The notes beneath the pieces are model-generated. The model saw nothing but the letters and a program-made list of their open reading frames with translations, ran no database searches and was not told where the DNA came from. A DNA stretch of 32,000 nucleotides, taken from Candidatus Woesearchaeota archaeon (GTDB lineage Archaea; Nanobdellota; Nanobdellia; Tiddalikarchaeales; Tiddalikarchaeaceae). The translations under genes were made by a program, and so were the position numbers. Of this stretch, positions 31,999 through 32,000 are shown piece by piece. Location of the stretch: positions 8,783-40,782 of the forward strand of contig CAYWEY010000007.1 of the NCBI GenBank assembly GCA_964457955.1, read 5' to 3'. Positions within the stretch are counted from its first letter, which is position 1. Every line of letters starts with the position of its first letter.

Positions 31999-32000
31999 CT

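Noticed and set aside
1-32000. CRISPR arrays, transposases, integrases, prophage, toxin-antitoxin or known defence systems
   Set aside because: I saw no direct-repeat/spacer periodicity, no DDE, tyrosine or serine recombinase motifs, and no terminal inverted repeats. No nuclease, ATPase or defence-type gene pairs are present. The window reads as core chromosome with a few lineage-specific genes.

Overview
AT-rich, extremely gene-dense archaeal chromosomal segment. RFC small and large subunits, MCM, TBP, aIF2-beta, aIF5B and CDP-archaeol synthase show directly that it is archaeal. Small protein sizes, low GC, 11 counted ATGA start/stop overlaps and sequon-rich surface proteins suggest (inference only) a small-genome DPANN-type archaeon. 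I call about 36 protein-coding genes and one decayed gene. I found no rRNA, tRNA, CRISPR array, transposase or integrase. Blocks in order: (1) rfcS-rfcL; (2) an unknown gene plus a PqqD-like gene; (3) ileS, tbp and an extended SDR; (4) an operon of mcm, an RPA32-like OB/winged-helix gene, aIF2-beta and DUF424; (5) a membrane-lipid island, with carS divergent from a CDP-alcohol phosphatidyltransferase that is coupled to a 43-aa membrane peptide, followed by a translationally coupled FakA-like(Dak2)-DegV-PlsY operon, which is bacterial-type fatty-acid activation and acylation; (6) porGDAB; (7) a twice-frameshifted small GTPase; (8) an operon of a glutaredoxin-like gene, a TrxR-like gene with a degenerate NADPH site, and pyk; (9) an ORFan plus a Cys-rich TSR-like surface protein coupled to aIF5B; (10) a COG4586-type ABC transporter plus a B12-binding radical SAM gene. 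The best novelty candidates are the hybrid archaeal/bacterial lipid island and the TrxR that looks pyridine-nucleotide independent and is wired to pyk and por. All family calls rest on motifs read by eye; no database search was possible.
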